Notes: generated by a model from the letters alone, not told the origin. A stretch of DNA of 64,000 bases from an uncultured Anaerolineaceae bacterium (GCA_964388955.1 CAYMCO010000015.1:21266-85265), one strand, 5' to 3'. Positions 8,867-19,476 are shown, counted from the first letter of the stretch. Program-made: numbers and translations.

Positions 8867-10585
8867 CTATGCAGCTTCGGCTGGCCTGGCCTGTCTTGCC
8901 TGGCGAAGCGCCTGGGCGCCGTCCCACACCAAGATCAGCGCGGCCACCACCAGCACGAGGCAGATGATGCCGATCAGCGCCGAGGCCACAGCGGCCTGCG
9001 CAGTCTCCGCCGCGGGCAGCTTCTGAACCAGGTTGACATAAGCGACATAGAGTAGAGCGGCGAGATCTGTGACGATCATGAAGATCGCAGGGTAGAGAGC
9101 CCAAGTATGTCTTCGGCCCTCGGACAGCAACCACAGCGAGACCAGCAGCAGAGCCAGTCCGGCCATGAGTTGGTTGGCAGCTCCAAATGCCACCCAGATC
9201 GTCAGCCAGGGGATGATCCACACAAACAGCGCGGTCAAGGCCAAGGCGATGAGGCTGCCCACATGAACATTCTTCAACGCTGGCACGCCGTCACCCAGCA
9301 TTTCAGAGCTGGCTACGCGCATGAAGCGCACCACCAACTGCATGATCGTTATGGCCATGATCGTCAGGAAGACCGAGCCATAAGCCACGCCGAACCCCTG
9401 TGGGACCCCGATATGGCTCAGGAAGCTGGCCAAACCCCCAGCGAAGACCGCCAGCGCCGCCCCAGCACCACCCGCATCCAGGAACCCTTGCCAGCCGCCA
9501 AATGCCACAGTGGCGGTCAGAAAGGCCATGACGGCGAATGCGGCTTCCATGAACATCGCACCGCCACCCACGGGCAGAGCGTCAGTCTCTTTCTCCAGTT
9601 GGCGGGCGGTGCCCGAGGTGGACACCAAACTATGCCAGCCCGAGATCGCACCGCAGGCGATCGTCACAAAGAGCATCGGCCAGAGTGGGCCTGCCGCAGC
9701 AGTGAAACCTGTAAAGGCCGGGAAGTCGCCCATGCCCGGGTGCCAGATCACCAGCCCAACCAAGCCGCCGATCATGCCCAGTGTGACGATCCAGAAGGAG
9801 ACATAGTTGACCGGTTGAGCGAATGACCAGATTGGAAGCACTGAGCCCAGATAGCAGAAGGCCAGCATGAGCAGCGTGCCAACAACCGCCGCTTGGGTAT
9901 TCCCCAAGAAGACAACGGGCGATTCCGCGCCACCGTACAGGCTGGAGAAGATATTGGAGACGGCCGGTAGCGTCCCAACCCAAATGCCCACAAAGGTCAG
10001 AACGACTGTAATAATACTGGTCAGGATGATGTCCTGCTTCCACCTGTACGTCATCTGACCGGCGATCACGCCCATCAAAACCAAGCTGATCATCCCGAAT
10101 GGGACCTGCGGTTTGACCATCAACGCTTTGCCGACAGCGTTCCCGAACGCTCCCATGATCAGCAGCAGATAGAAGTAGATGAAGATCAGCAGAATGCTGC
10201 GGGCGCGCGGGGAGATCAGCTTGTAGCTGAGCGCGCTCATTGTCTCGCCCTCACGGCGCACGCCCATGATCAAGGATCCGTAGTCCTGGACCCACCCGAT
10301 GAAGAAAACGCCCAGCAGGATCCACAACAGTGCCGGCAGCCAACCCCACTGAACGGCTACGATAGGGCCGGTCAATGGAGCCAGCGCGGCGACGGACTTG
10401 AACTGATAGCCAAAGAGGACATTCCGGCTCGCAGGAGTGAAGTCCACACCATCCATGTACATTTTGGCCGGAGTGGCTTTTGTGTCGTTGGGCTGGACGA
10501 TATCCTTATCAATTCTACGTGCGTATACCCCATAGCCGATACCGATGCCGAGTGCTGCAAGAATCACAATGATTAACGAATTCAT
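8867..10585 (-). CDS. cstA: carbon starvation protein A family transporter
   Basis: MNSLIIVILAALGIGIGYGVYARRID...FTPASRNVLFGYQFKSVAALAPLTGPIVAVQWGWLPALLWILLGVFFIGWVQDY is the characteristic CstA N-terminus. AAGGAGGATGG lies upstream of ATG 10585. Confidence 0.85.
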   Translation of the reverse strand: MNSLIIVILAALGIGIGYGVYARRIDKDIVQPNDTKATPAKMYMDGVDFTPASRNVLFGYQFKSVAALAPLTGPIVAVQWGWLPALLWILLGVFFIGWVQDYGSLIMGVRREGETMSALSYKLISPRARSILLIFIYFYLLLIMGAFGNAVGKALMVKPQVPFGMISLVLMGVIAGQMTYRWKQDIILTSIITVVLTFVGIWVGTLPAVSNIFSSLYGGAESPVVFLGNTQAAVVGTLLMLAFCYLGSVLPIWSFAQPVNYVSFWIVTLGMIGGLVGLVIWHPGMGDFPAFTGFTAAAGPLWPMLFVTIACGAISGWHSLVSTSGTARQLEKETDALPVGGGAMFMEAAFAVMAFLTATVAFGGWQGFLDAGGAGAALAVFAGGLASFLSHIGVPQGFGVAYGSVFLTIMAITIMQLVVRFMRVASSEMLGDGVPALKNVHVGSLIALALTALFVWIIPWLTIWVAFGAANQLMAGLALLLVSLWLLSEGRRHTWALYPAIFMIVTDLAALLYVAYVNLVQKLPAAETAQAAVASALIGIICLVLVVAALILVWDGAQALRQARQARPAEAA

Positions 10586-11215
10586 TGGGCCATCCTCCTT
10601 TTGCCGTTCTGCAAAGGAACTCGACATGATCCATCTTGTGAATTAATCCATCAGATAGGCATTCTCCTTTCTTCCGGGCGGTCCAAAGCGGGCCGGGTCG
10701 AAATTGCATCAGCTCTCAAGGAGCGTGAACGCCCGGCGCCCGGAATTCAGGTGTCTCCCAATCTCAGCTCTACTTGTCAGAATCTTGATACCAACTTGCC
10801 CAGGAGTCGATCACACACGAGATAGCGGGGAGCCAACCGCGTGTGAGTTGAGGGTGGTGAACAAACGGCGAGTCTATTGAAGGAGGAATGGCCTGCTCAT
10901 CGCCCAGTGCCCCCGCTTTTCCGGCCTGGCCAACCAACTCACTCGATCGCCCGAAGCCGGCCCTGGACACATCTCTCGGACCCCTCGCCCCCCATGCGTC
11001 TCCGCCGGGATGCCCGGAGAACAGCCTTTGGCATCTCCCATAATATGCCCATTGACGTCGATTCGCAAATTAATTCCGAGCTTCACAAACTGCGCGCGCG
11101 CTTTACCTCCGCGCTTAGATATGTCTGGACCTCTCCCTCCATCCGGTCCCCCCCAATCTCCCAAGGACCGCGATGACAACCATTCGGCCAGTCGGTCTGC
11201 TTGACCGTTGAGGTC

Positions 11216-11680
11216 TCAATAGGCGTACGCTTTCACGACGGCCTTCCCCATTACGGGGTCCAGCGTGCCCAACGCCCAAAGCTGCAGCCTGTTGAGCCAT
11301 CTATATTCTTCGCAAGAGGTGAATAGGGACACCGCGGCCCTGAGTTGAGCTTCTCTTTCGCCTTCGATTTGTCGTGAGACCCCCTGTGATGAGAATGCGA
11401 TGTTCGCACCATCCTCGGTCGTGACGCGGGCGTGAAGGTGAAGTTGGAACAGGCCGTCGGCGCGCACATACAGATAGTCGGTCCCAGAAATCCTGCCACG
11501 CAGCCTGGGTCCCATGAGGTCGCCCTCGAAGGCTTGATCGAACCGCGCCCCCTCCAACGGAACCTCCGCATTTCGCGAGGACAGCTCTTCCATGCTTACC
11601 CCATATTCGATCGTCTGGGTAAACTGAATCTGCGCCTCGTAGATCAATTCACCTTCGGAGGAGATTTGCATCCGGGTCAT
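11216..11680 (-). CDS. DUF3237-like (UPF0311) protein
   Basis: 154 aa. The pattern GARFDQAFEGDLMGPRLRGRISGTDYLYVRADGLFQLHLHARVTTEDGANIAF matches what I remember of DUF3237 beta-barrel proteins. Confidence 0.55.
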   Translation of the reverse strand: MTRMQISSEGELIYEAQIQFTQTIEYGVSMEELSSRNAEVPLEGARFDQAFEGDLMGPRLRGRISGTDYLYVRADGLFQLHLHARVTTEDGANIAFSSQGVSRQIEGEREAQLRAAVSLFTSCEEYRWLNRLQLWALGTLDPVMGKAVVKAYAY

Positions 11681-11806
11681 TCATCCTTTCTCGCCCAAAG
11701 CCAATAATGAGAATAGGGACAATGTCTCAGCACCATTCCGTGTGTCCGGGTGGGCTACCGCAAGGCACACGATCCGGTGATCCGGGATCAGCGGCCTCGC
11801 CCCAAT

Positions 11807-12973
11807 TCACTCCCCTGGCAAGGTGCTGATGAAGTCCGCGACGAGGTTAAGATTCTCCCGCTCAAGCCTCCAGGGGCGGTCCCCATGTTCGCCGACCAGG
11901 GGATCCGCCGTGACCACGATAACCATATCGAGGTCGTCCAGCAACGCGATCTGCTGTCCCCCGTGTCCCCAGGCGAAGTTCCAGCGCCGATCGCCGGCGC
12001 GCGCCGACCACCACTGATAGCCATAGCCGATGTCTTTGTAGTTCGAACCGATGCGAAAGGGCCAGGCGTCCTCGGAATAGGATTGCAGCGAATCCTGGAC
12101 CCATTGCGTGGGGATGACCTGCACCCCCTCCAACACTCCCCCCTTCAGGTACAAGAGGCCGAACTTGGCCATGTCCCGGGCGCGCATGTGCAGATCGGCG
12201 TGTCCATTGTAATAACCCTCCCAATCCTGGATCCATTCGCCAGGCTCCACACCAAGCGGCGTGAAGAGGTGCTCCTCTGCGAAGGATTTCAGATCCGTCT
12301 CACAGGCTCTAGCGACGATGATCCCCAAGAGATGGGCGGTGACATTGCTGTATTCCATCCCCGCACCCGGATCGCGGACGAGGGGCACATCGACCAGGAC
12401 GGATGGCCGGAAACCTGAATAGAGCAGGTTGAACAACTCCTCGGAGGATTCCTCCCAGGGAAATCCCGCCCGCATCTGCAGCATCTCGCGAATTGTAATG
12501 TCCTCCTTGCGAGGGTCGGCGACCTGGCCCGCCAGCTCAGGGAAGAACTCGATCGCCTTCTGATCCACACTCGAAAGGCAGCCCTCCCGCAGCGCCAGGC
12601 CAACCAGGGCCGATGTGTAGCTCTTGGTGGCCGACTGCATGCGGAACTCGTCATAAACAGATGCACCGTGGAAGTACTTCTCGGCGATCAGATATCCATT
12701 CCGAATGACCAGCAGCGATCTAATCGTCTCGACGTCTTCTGCATCCAAGTAGAGCCTGGCGATCAGCTCCGGATCAAGACCCTGTTCCTCCGGCGTCGAT
12801 ACCGGCCAATCCTCCCGGGTGAGCGGAGTGTTGTCAACCGCCTCTAGCTCAGCGGCCGACGGCCCGCATGCGGCGAGCACGGCCAGCAAGAGCATCAACC
12901 CAATCAACCAGACTGAGAGATGGTGGCCGGTTCCAAGTCTCTCCCCTGGACAAATCCTGGCTTTCGCCATCAA
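11807..12973 (-). CDS. serine hydrolase, beta-lactamase/PBP4*-family lipoprotein
   Basis: It has an SxxK motif (QSATKSYTSALVGLAL) and an N-terminal signal with lipobox LLAVLAAC. Length is 388 aa. Confidence 0.8.
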   Translation of the reverse strand: MMAKARICPGERLGTGHHLSVWLIGLMLLLAVLAACGPSAAELEAVDNTPLTREDWPVSTPEEQGLDPELIARLYLDAEDVETIRSLLVIRNGYLIAEKYFHGASVYDEFRMQSATKSYTSALVGLALREGCLSSVDQKAIEFFPELAGQVADPRKEDITIREMLQMRAGFPWEESSEELFNLLYSGFRPSVLVDVPLVRDPGAGMEYSNVTAHLLGIIVARACETDLKSFAEEHLFTPLGVEPGEWIQDWEGYYNGHADLHMRARDMAKFGLLYLKGGVLEGVQVIPTQWVQDSLQSYSEDAWPFRIGSNYKDIGYGYQWWSARAGDRRWNFAWGHGGQQIALLDDLDMVIVVTADPLVGEHGDRPWRLERENLNLVADFISTLPGE

Positions 12974-13003
12974 TACACTCCCACCCTTTCTGTCGTCATT
13001 TCG

Positions 13004-13342
13004 TTACCGCGACGGCTCCGCCAGGTAGGCGCGCACGGCGGCGATGCTCCCCGTTGGATTCTCTTTGAACATCTCATGACCCGCAACCGGGATGACCACC
13101 GGATTCTCCGGGCTGCCAAAGGTTTCGGCGTGGTAGGTCACGCCGTCGATGGTGATGTGAGGCAGCGTTGGATCTGCCTCGACCGTCGCCGGCACCGAAT
13201 GATCACCGAAAGTCAGGACATAACCGAGGGCGAAGAGAATGACCAACCCGACGATGATTCCGACCACGACCCTGGCTGCTGCTTTCAGCAATCTCATGAT
13301 AGCTGCTCCTCTCACCGATCTGGCCGCTTGCCGGAAAAGCAA
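13004..13342 (-). pseudogene. alpha/beta-hydrolase remnant with the catalytic core deleted
   Basis: After a TM anchor, the N-terminal hydrolase start (ITIDGVTYHAETFGSPENPVVI) joins directly to the C-terminal His motif region (PVAGHEMFKENPTGSIAAVRAYL). The roughly 200-aa nucleophile-elbow core is absent. Confidence 0.55.
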
Positions 13343-13364
13343 AGCGCAATCCCGAAATTGGTTT

Positions 13365-13928
13365 CTACCCCTTGCTCGCTTCAGCCACAGCCAGCCTGGG
13401 CTCTCGGCTGGCGGTCAATGCCTTTATCCCCACCCGGTTGAGCGAAACAAGCATGTTGCTGCCCACATAGGCCAAGGCCACCGGCAGCGGATATTTCGCC
13501 AATGCGGGGAGGTTCGTTCTCAACAGCAGCGTGCCGAAGATCCCGATGATGATCACATGGATGATGTAGACTCCATAGGAATTCCGGTTCAATTCGCTCC
13601 AAATGCGCCCGGATTTCGTGACATACAGACGGAAGCTCTCGATCATCACATAGACCATGACCAGGAGCGACAGATAGAAAGCGAGATGCCAGACCAACCG
13701 GTACATCGGCGTGACCTCGAACCCCTCCACGTAGGGGAAAGGATACAGCCGCGCGAAGATGTGCGCGGTGACCGAGATCCGGGCGATAGAGCTGGCGATG
13801 ATGTAGAGCATCTTGCTCCGGACGCCCCCTACATGGTACAGGGCCACCAGGTAGATGATGATCGTCCTCAGGTTATCCATCCAGTGAATCCGCCGGCCCT
13901 TTGACGCGGTCTTAGCCTCGGCTGTCAT
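13365..13928 (-). CDS. acyltransferase-3 family membrane protein (short, possibly internally deleted)
   Basis: RIHWMDNLRTIIIYLVALYHVG is the family N-terminal motif, and NSYGVYIIHVIII is a typical C-terminal segment. At 187 aa it is about half the usual length. An SD (AAGAGGAA) precedes ATG 13928. Confidence 0.55.
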   Translation of the reverse strand: MTAEAKTASKGRRIHWMDNLRTIIIYLVALYHVGGVRSKMLYIIASSIARISVTAHIFARLYPFPYVEGFEVTPMYRLVWHLAFYLSLLVMVYVMIESFRLYVTKSGRIWSELNRNSYGVYIIHVIIIGIFGTLLLRTNLPALAKYPLPVALAYVGSNMLVSLNRVGIKALTASREPRLAVAEASKG

Positions 13929-14005
13929 CGAGAATTCCTCTTTCTCACTTCGCCCCGCGTGAGCTGTGCGTCTTTACCTCCCATGCTAGATGGGGGTCAT
14001 CGAAG

Positions 14006-14041
14006 TGTCATACCCCGAAGGTGGTATTTGGAGGGTTAAAA
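14006..14041 (-). promoter_or_regulatory. conserved 36-nt intergenic motif, copy A
   Basis: The plus strand reads TGTCATACCCCGAAGGTGGTATTTGGAGGGTTAAAA. It lies 78 nt upstream of the start at 13928. Confidence 0.7.
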
Positions 14042-14073
14042 GGGGTCAGCGAGAAGCGGTCGGTCGTCAGGGA

Positions 14074-14573
14074 TCAGGGGCATAGAAGCCGGCGTGATGA
14101 CTTTCGGTGCCCTCCCTCATCCCTCAGCGCGATGCGGAAGGAATAGCCGTCATACCCGGCAGGCGTGAGGTTGAGCACGTTATTCGTGTATAGATTCGGG
14201 GCGAGCCGGATGGCGATCACCACCGTGAACACAAGGAACCTGTGCTGTAGTGGATGATGGTGAAGAACGGCAGCAGGAAAAGCCAGAAGAGGGCGTTGTA
14301 TGCTTTGCGGATCAGGGCGAGCGGGTGCGTGGATGCTTGTTTGACGGCGATGTAATCCTCCGCATTCTCACGGAGCCATGCGTACCGCATGGCCGTGTGT
14401 CCCTCGAGGAGCAGTCAGTACAGCACGCCGATGATCGAAAGCCCGACCATTCCACCCCTTCCCTGCCACAGCGTGTTGGAGAGTGCGTAGACGACGTACA
14501 TCAGCGCGGGAATCCCCAACGCAAATGTGAGGATATTGTTGCACCCCACAGTGAGGAATCTCTCCCCGGCCAT
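14074..14573 (-). pseudogene. membrane protein gene disrupted by an in-frame TGA and a frameshift
   Basis: My translation from ATG 14573 (GGAAGGA upstream) gives MAGERFLTVGCNNILTFALGIPALMYVVYALSNTLWQGRGGMVGLSIIGVLY, then a TGA at 14417-14415. It continues LLLEGHTAMRYAWLRENAEDYIAVKQASTHPLALIRKAYNALFWLFLLPFFTIIHY. After a frame change it reads FLVFTVVIAIRLAPNLYTNNVLNLTPAGYDGYSFRI. The sequence stays protein-like across both lesions. Confidence 0.45.
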
Positions 14574-14649
14574 CTCGTCCTTCCGATCTCAGCATGGATT
14601 GCAGCCTGCGTCCGCCTGGGCGCGGCGGCCGCAGCCCGCTGCTTTTCAC

Positions 14650-15015
14650 CTACACCCATCGCCAGGCGTACCAGACGGTCAGCACATTGAGCGCCAGGCC
14701 GACGATGTTCAGGAACTTGTCATATAGGGAAGGGTAGGTCGGCAAACCGATCAGGTTGAAGATGAAGAAGATTATCGGAAGGATGATGTTCGCCCAGCGA
14801 TTCACGGGCTGTGGGAGCGTCAAGCACAGGAAGACCATGAGCGCCGGGAAAACGAACAGGGCGGCCATCCCCAGGTACAGCCCCTGACCGGCCTCCATCC
14901 CCGCCATCTCCCCCGCCTTGAAGTCACCGCTGAATATGCGCAGCACATCCCCCAGGAGATAGCTCAACATCAGCGCGATCCACAATGCGGAAAGCTTGAA
15001 CTGTACATCTGCCAT
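14650..15015 (-). CDS. small 4-TM membrane protein (DUF6326-like), paralog of 20473..20838
   Basis: 121 aa, MADVQFKLSALWIALMLSYLLGDVLRIF...NVLTVWYAWRWV. It shares KLSxLW...GDVLRxFxGD...NLxGLP...WYAWRWV with the paralog and starts 3 nt after the QOR stop. Confidence 0.7.
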   Translation of the reverse strand: MADVQFKLSALWIALMLSYLLGDVLRIFSGDFKAGEMAGMEAGQGLYLGMAALFVFPALMVFLCLTLPQPVNRWANIILPIIFFIFNLIGLPTYPSLYDKFLNIVGLALNVLTVWYAWRWV

Positions 15016-15018
15016 GAT

Positions 15019-16001
15019 TTAGTCCCCTTTCAACGTGAGGACGACTTTGCCTCGAGCATGACCCTTTCTGTAGTAGTCGATCGCCTCCGCGATCTCATTT
15101 AGCGGGTAGCAGCGGTCGATCACGGATCTGACCTTCCCCGCTTCAATGAGGTCCTTCAACTCCACCAGATTATCCTTCGTGATCTCCAAGATGAGATTGC
15201 CCACCTTCTTGGATCCTCTCATTGAAATCAACGGTGCCAAGAACATCGGTTGGAAAACTTGGGCCATGGAACCCCCCGTCACAACGTAACTTCCATCCGG
15301 CTTCAAGGCACGCGCATAGTCGAAGATCGAGCGGTATCCGGCGGTGGCGAGTATCAGGTCATATCGCTGACCAATCTCGACAAAATCCTCACGCGTGTAA
15401 TCGATGACATGGTCCGCACCAATGGACCGCACCAGGTCCAGATTCTTGGTGCCGCACACGCCAGTCACTTCAGCCCCGAACGCCTTTGCGATTTGCACCG
15501 CGTAGGTCCCGATCCCCCCGAGGCCCCGACAATCAAGACTTGCTCTCCCGCCTGGATTCCGCCTTCATCGCGCAGCCCCTGCAAAGCGACGGCCGCCGCT
15601 TCGGGCACAGCCGCCGCCTCCTCAAAGGTCATGTTGGAGGGCTTCAAGCCCAGGACATCCTCCGGGACGGCGACGTACTCTGCATATCCGCCGCGACCGC
15701 AATCCGATAGGTCCCCGTAGACCGCGTCTCCCGGCGCAAATTGCGTCACGCTTTTGCCCACCGTTTCCACTTGCCCGGCGATGTCCGTTCCGAGGGTCCG
15801 ATACGCCGGTCTGAGGAGACCAGCGCCCATCAGGCGAACGATGAACGGATCCCCACTCACGAAAGCCGCATTGGAGTAGTTCACGGAAGCTGCATGAACT
15901 CTTACAAGGACCTCATCATCCGCGGGGACAGGTCTTTCGACCTCCTGAAGCTCAAGGACATTCGCCGGTGGACCATATTCCGTATACACGACCGCTTTCA
16001 C
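15019..16001 (-). pseudogene. MDR-family NAD(P)H quinone oxidoreductase, split by a -1 frameshift in a C6 run
   Basis: ORFs 15465..16001 (MKAVVYTEYGPP...VLIVGASGG) and 15019..15498 ([16 protein letters not shown]...) are the two halves of one gene. The expected GASGGIGTYAVQIAK is restored by adding one C to the run at 15514..15519. Confidence 0.75.
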
Positions 16002-16242
16002 ACAGCACCTCCTGATCGCGCAGAATTGCTTGATACCAGTTCGGCAGACCGGCCGGCAGCCTTATGAATGCTTCCACCTGCCGGACGCATCGCTAGGGCG
16101 AGGCCGGTGCGCCGGTGTATCGAGCAGGGCTGTCTTACAACACTCGGTCTACTATAATGCCACCCGTCCAGCGATCGGGCACAGGATGCCCCGCCTGTAC
16201 GATCGTTGAAGAGAATCCTATCGAGTGGACATGGACGCATCA

Positions 16243-16929
16243 TTAATTGATCTCCGATCCCGGCTCTATGCCCTTTATCATCAGCCAGGGCCCGATCAAG
16301 AACTCAAATACCATGTACGGGGCCCCAAAGTAGATGATCACCCCCACGTCAGGGTTATACAGCCCCCATAGGACGTTGATGGATAGCAAACACAATGCGG
16401 CAAGGCCCCAAATGGAGAGGACCCGCGGGATCGCCTTCGATTTGACGAACAGGAAATACCAGAGGATCCCTCCCAGACAGAAGAACAGCATATGCAGGCT
16501 CCAGCCCTGTCGATCAATCCCATGATAGAGAAAATCGCCCAGCGTCTGATAGAAGGACGAAGCGGGCGCGCCCGCCGCCTGGAAATCCATGCTCAGTGGG
16601 ATCAGCGCATAGGCCCCCAGCTTGCTCAGCCCGAGGATGATGCCCTCCGCCAACCACCACCCGAAGGCCACGGTGGCGATGACCCGATACCGCTTGCGAA
16701 ATACGGCATAGAGCAAGGCTGCGAGCGCCACGATGCCGACGCTGGTAACCAGTTCGATCAGAATGCTGATCCGCATCAGGGTAAGGTTCTCCGGGATATT
16801 GGCAAGGATCTCGCTGATGCTGCCGGATCCGATCGCGGAAGTCAGAAGGGGATTGCTGATCATACTGGCTAGGAATACCAGCAGAAACGCCCCGCCCAAG
16901 AGCCTGATGGTATTGCGATCTGTGTTCAT
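16243..16929 (-). CDS. DUF4386-like membrane protein
   Basis: MNTDRNTIRLLGGAFLLVFLASMI...FFCLGGILWYFLFVKSKAIPRVLSIWGLAAL...FEFLIGPWLMIKGIE. GAGGAGGA lies upstream of ATG 16929. Confidence 0.7.
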   Translation of the reverse strand: MNTDRNTIRLLGGAFLLVFLASMISNPLLTSAIGSGSISEILANIPENLTLMRISILIELVTSVGIVALAALLYAVFRKRYRVIATVAFGWWLAEGIILGLSKLGAYALIPLSMDFQAAGAPASSFYQTLGDFLYHGIDRQGWSLHMLFFCLGGILWYFLFVKSKAIPRVLSIWGLAALCLLSINVLWGLYNPDVGVIIYFGAPYMVFEFLIGPWLMIKGIEPGSEIN

Positions 16930-17211
16930 TTCGTCCTCCTCTGATTCCGGGGGCATTCCCCCCGGTATGGTAAGGGTCTCTCTGTCTGCGGCCGCTCTAT
17001 TCAGCCCAACCCAATCGCGGCTCGCTGACTTCGGCCGGAACCGCTGCTAGGTCTCGGCCATGAAGACAAGATTGTCAATCGCGTCCCTTGATCCCCTGCT
17101 CCCGAGTTGGTCGTACTCTCCGCATAAGACTTGGACGCTACGTGGAGCGGGAGGCCCCCTCACCGGCAACACGGCCCCGTTCACATCCAGCATAATCGGC
17201 GCAATGCCGCA

Positions 17212-17247
17212 TGTCATACCCCGAACGTGTTATTCGAGGGGTTAATC
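17212..17247 (-). promoter_or_regulatory. conserved 36-nt intergenic motif, copy B
   Basis: The plus strand reads TGTCATACCCCGAACGTGTTATTCGAGGGGTTAATC. It lies between the CPBP gene stop (17488) and the DUF4386-like start (16929). Confidence 0.7.
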
Positions 17248-17487
17248 GGAATAGATAGGAGAAGCGATTTGCTCGTTGAACATCGCCCGCCGGTCCACGA
17301 ATTCAGGGCTGCCGGAAAGCCCGGGCCCCGTGCGCAAGAACAACGCAAGTATGAATCGACCCCACCTTCCGGGAGTCCCTGAATCCTCGTCCCATGCGTC
17401 CCCGGCCAGCAGCCGAGCGAGTGGGCTCGATCCAATTGCTCGGCACCCTACCCATTGGGGGAGAGAAAGACCGGATTGGCCCACCGC

Positions 17488-18300
17488 CTACCCCGCCCCC
17501 ACCGCAGCCATGAGGAGGAAGACCATATTGAAAAGGAAATTGCCGATCCAATGGTAGATCATCGCCAGGGGCAGGCTCCCCAACGGCCCGGCTGCGAAGG
17601 CGAAACCCAGCCCCCCGACAAGGATGCCAGGGTAAAGCCAGCGCTGATATACATGCTTCAGCGTGAACAACACCCCGTTGGCCACCCAATCCCACTTTCC
17701 GAATGCTCCGCGCATGCGCGGCAGGAGATAGCCGCGGTAGTAGATCTCCTCCCCGAAGATGTTGAACACGAGCCCAATGAGAAAATAGACCAGTATGAAC
17801 AGGAAGTTGCCTCGCAATCGGATATCGGGGAACACGTCCCCAACGCCCTCGATTTGGATAGTGGGGTTGCTCGCGACCGGCCACCACTCGGGAGGGCCAA
17901 ATCCTGGCACGGATGCCAGCCACCGATTGACCGGGCCCATCGCCATGCTGAGGCTCATCCCCAGCACGAACACAAATCCCGCGAGCAGCCATGCTTTCAA
18001 GCCGCTGGGCCAGCGCCAGCGGATGCGATCCCGCAACGTACGAATCGTAAGCCGGTAGCCCTCCCGCTTAAGCAAGAGCAAACCGCCGGTCAATTCAGCG
18101 CCCGTGCCCAGGACAATGATCGACAAGACCATCCAGGTAGGTGTGGTGCCGCCCTCGGGAATCAACGGGCCCAGAATGCCGTAGATCAGCAAAGTGAACC
18201 AGGCGGCTGGCCAGAGGAACATCAGGATAATCGTCCCCACTTTGAACTGGGGGATCTGCCGTGGATGGGAAGCTCTGCCCATCGCTTCATTGGATCTCAT
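17488..18300 (-). CDS. CPBP family intramembrane glutamic endopeptidase (CAAX protease-like)
   Basis: Polytopic membrane protein with FGEEIYYRGYLLPRM (EExxxR motif) and a later FTLKHVYQ (FxxxH motif). Confidence 0.7.
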   Translation of the reverse strand: MRSNEAMGRASHPRQIPQFKVGTIILMFLWPAAWFTLLIYGILGPLIPEGGTTPTWMVLSIIVLGTGAELTGGLLLLKREGYRLTIRTLRDRIRWRWPSGLKAWLLAGFVFVLGMSLSMAMGPVNRWLASVPGFGPPEWWPVASNPTIQIEGVGDVFPDIRLRGNFLFILVYFLIGLVFNIFGEEIYYRGYLLPRMRGAFGKWDWVANGVLFTLKHVYQRWLYPGILVGGLGFAFAAGPLGSLPLAMIYHWIGNFLFNMVFLLMAAVGAG

Positions 18301-18498
18301 CTATTCGGACAACTCATCATATCTCCCGGACCCTCAGGGGCCATCAGTGTCAGCCGAGAATCCTCCACCCTTTGAAGCCCATGCGATTGGTGAAGCGTTC
18401 AATAGCCCTGGCCTCCTCCCATTTCTCACAGGGACGAATCAGATGCCATTGATGCTACGAAGAAGCGGGCCCGAAGGTGCGCGAGTCAGCTTGGACAT

Positions 18499-19431
18499 TC
18501 AGCGGCCATTCACCACCGCTATGGCCACGTTCCCCACCTTGTGCCCCTTTTCGACATACCGGTGAGCCTCGATGATCTCATCCAAAGGGTAGCGTCGATC
18601 GATAACCGTCCTGAGCTCCCCCGCTTCGACCAACTCCCTCAGGAAATCAAGATATCCTTCATCCAGATCTTTACCAGCTCCGGAGTCCCGCCCGACCGCG
18701 AGGTAGGTCCCCCCAGCTTTCTGCGCCATCCTCGCCAGGGATGGCTTGAGCTTGTCTACGGCGTCGAATATCACATCATAGTTGGCGGCGGGGAGAGAGA
18801 AATCCTCCTTTGTATGATCCAGCACCTGACTGGCCCCAAGGGAGCGGACCAGATCTAGATTTCTCCTGCTGCATACTCCGGTCACCTCCGCTCCAAAGTG
18901 TTTGGCGAGCTGGACAGCGAATGTGCCCACGCTCCCTGATGCGCCGTAGATCAAGACCTTCTGCCCCGGCCGAATGTCCCCCTTCCGAAGCACAATCAAC
19001 GCGGTCAGGCCCCCACCGGCGAGCGGGGCCGCTTCTTCGTAGCTCGCGTTCGCCGGTTTGATGGCCACCATGCCCTTCTTTGTGCCCCCGCCCCTTTCAG
19101 GCAGACAGATATACTCGGCGTAAGCGCCAAAACCAAAACCAGCGAAGGCAAAGACCGGATCTCCGAGTTGAAATCGCTTTGCCTCCGGGCCCATGGCCTC
19201 CACATCTCCGGCCAACTCAAGCCCGAGTATGGGGATCTTTCTGGGGCGGAAGAGGCCGTTGACCAGCCTTGCCAGGAATGGATCCGGTTTTCGCATGCGG
19301 ATATCTCCGACATGGGCCGTGGTGGCGTGGATCTTCACCCGGATTTCATGCGCCTTGGGCTCTGGCCTTTCCACGTCTTTGAGCTGAAGGACCTCCGGTG
19401 GGCCGTAGTGCTCATATACGACGGCTTTCAT
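18499..19431 (-). CDS. MDR-family NAD(P)H quinone oxidoreductase (zinc-free alcohol dehydrogenase-like)
   Basis: [25 protein letters not shown]...[37 protein letters not shown] lies upstream of ATG 19431. It is a paralog of three other genes in the window. Confidence 0.85.
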   Translation of the reverse strand: MKAVVYEHYGPPEVLQLKDVERPEPKAHEIRVKIHATTAHVGDIRMRKPDPFLARLVNGLFRPRKIPILGLELAGDVEAMGPEAKRFQLGDPVFAFAGFGFGAYAEYICLPERGGGTKKGMVAIKPANASYEEAAPLAGGGLTALIVLRKGDIRPGQKVLIYGASGSVGTFAVQLAKHFGAEVTGVCSRRNLDLVRSLGASQVLDHTKEDFSLPAANYDVIFDAVDKLKPSLARMAQKAGGTYLAVGRDSGAGKDLDEGYLDFLRELVEAGELRTVIDRRYPLDEIIEAHRYVEKGHKVGNVAIAVVNGR

Positions 19432-19476
19432 GCGGACATGCCTCCCCAAGGGTGCTCATCCATCGGTCATCGCAGG

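Noticed and set aside
10586-11215. 630-nt gene-free interval with overlapping ~100-aa ORFs on both strands (10874..11179 -, 10877..11176 +)
   Set aside because: Neither translation shows motifs, an SD or hydrophobic structure, and I could not recognise any RNA-family signature. It is left unannotated.
17303-18375. Long alternative-frame ORFs 17303..17992 (-) and 17455..18375 (+)
   Set aside because: They overlap the CPBP protease gene, whose frame carries the EExxxR and FxxxH motifs. The alternatives are Arg/Pro/Gly-rich.
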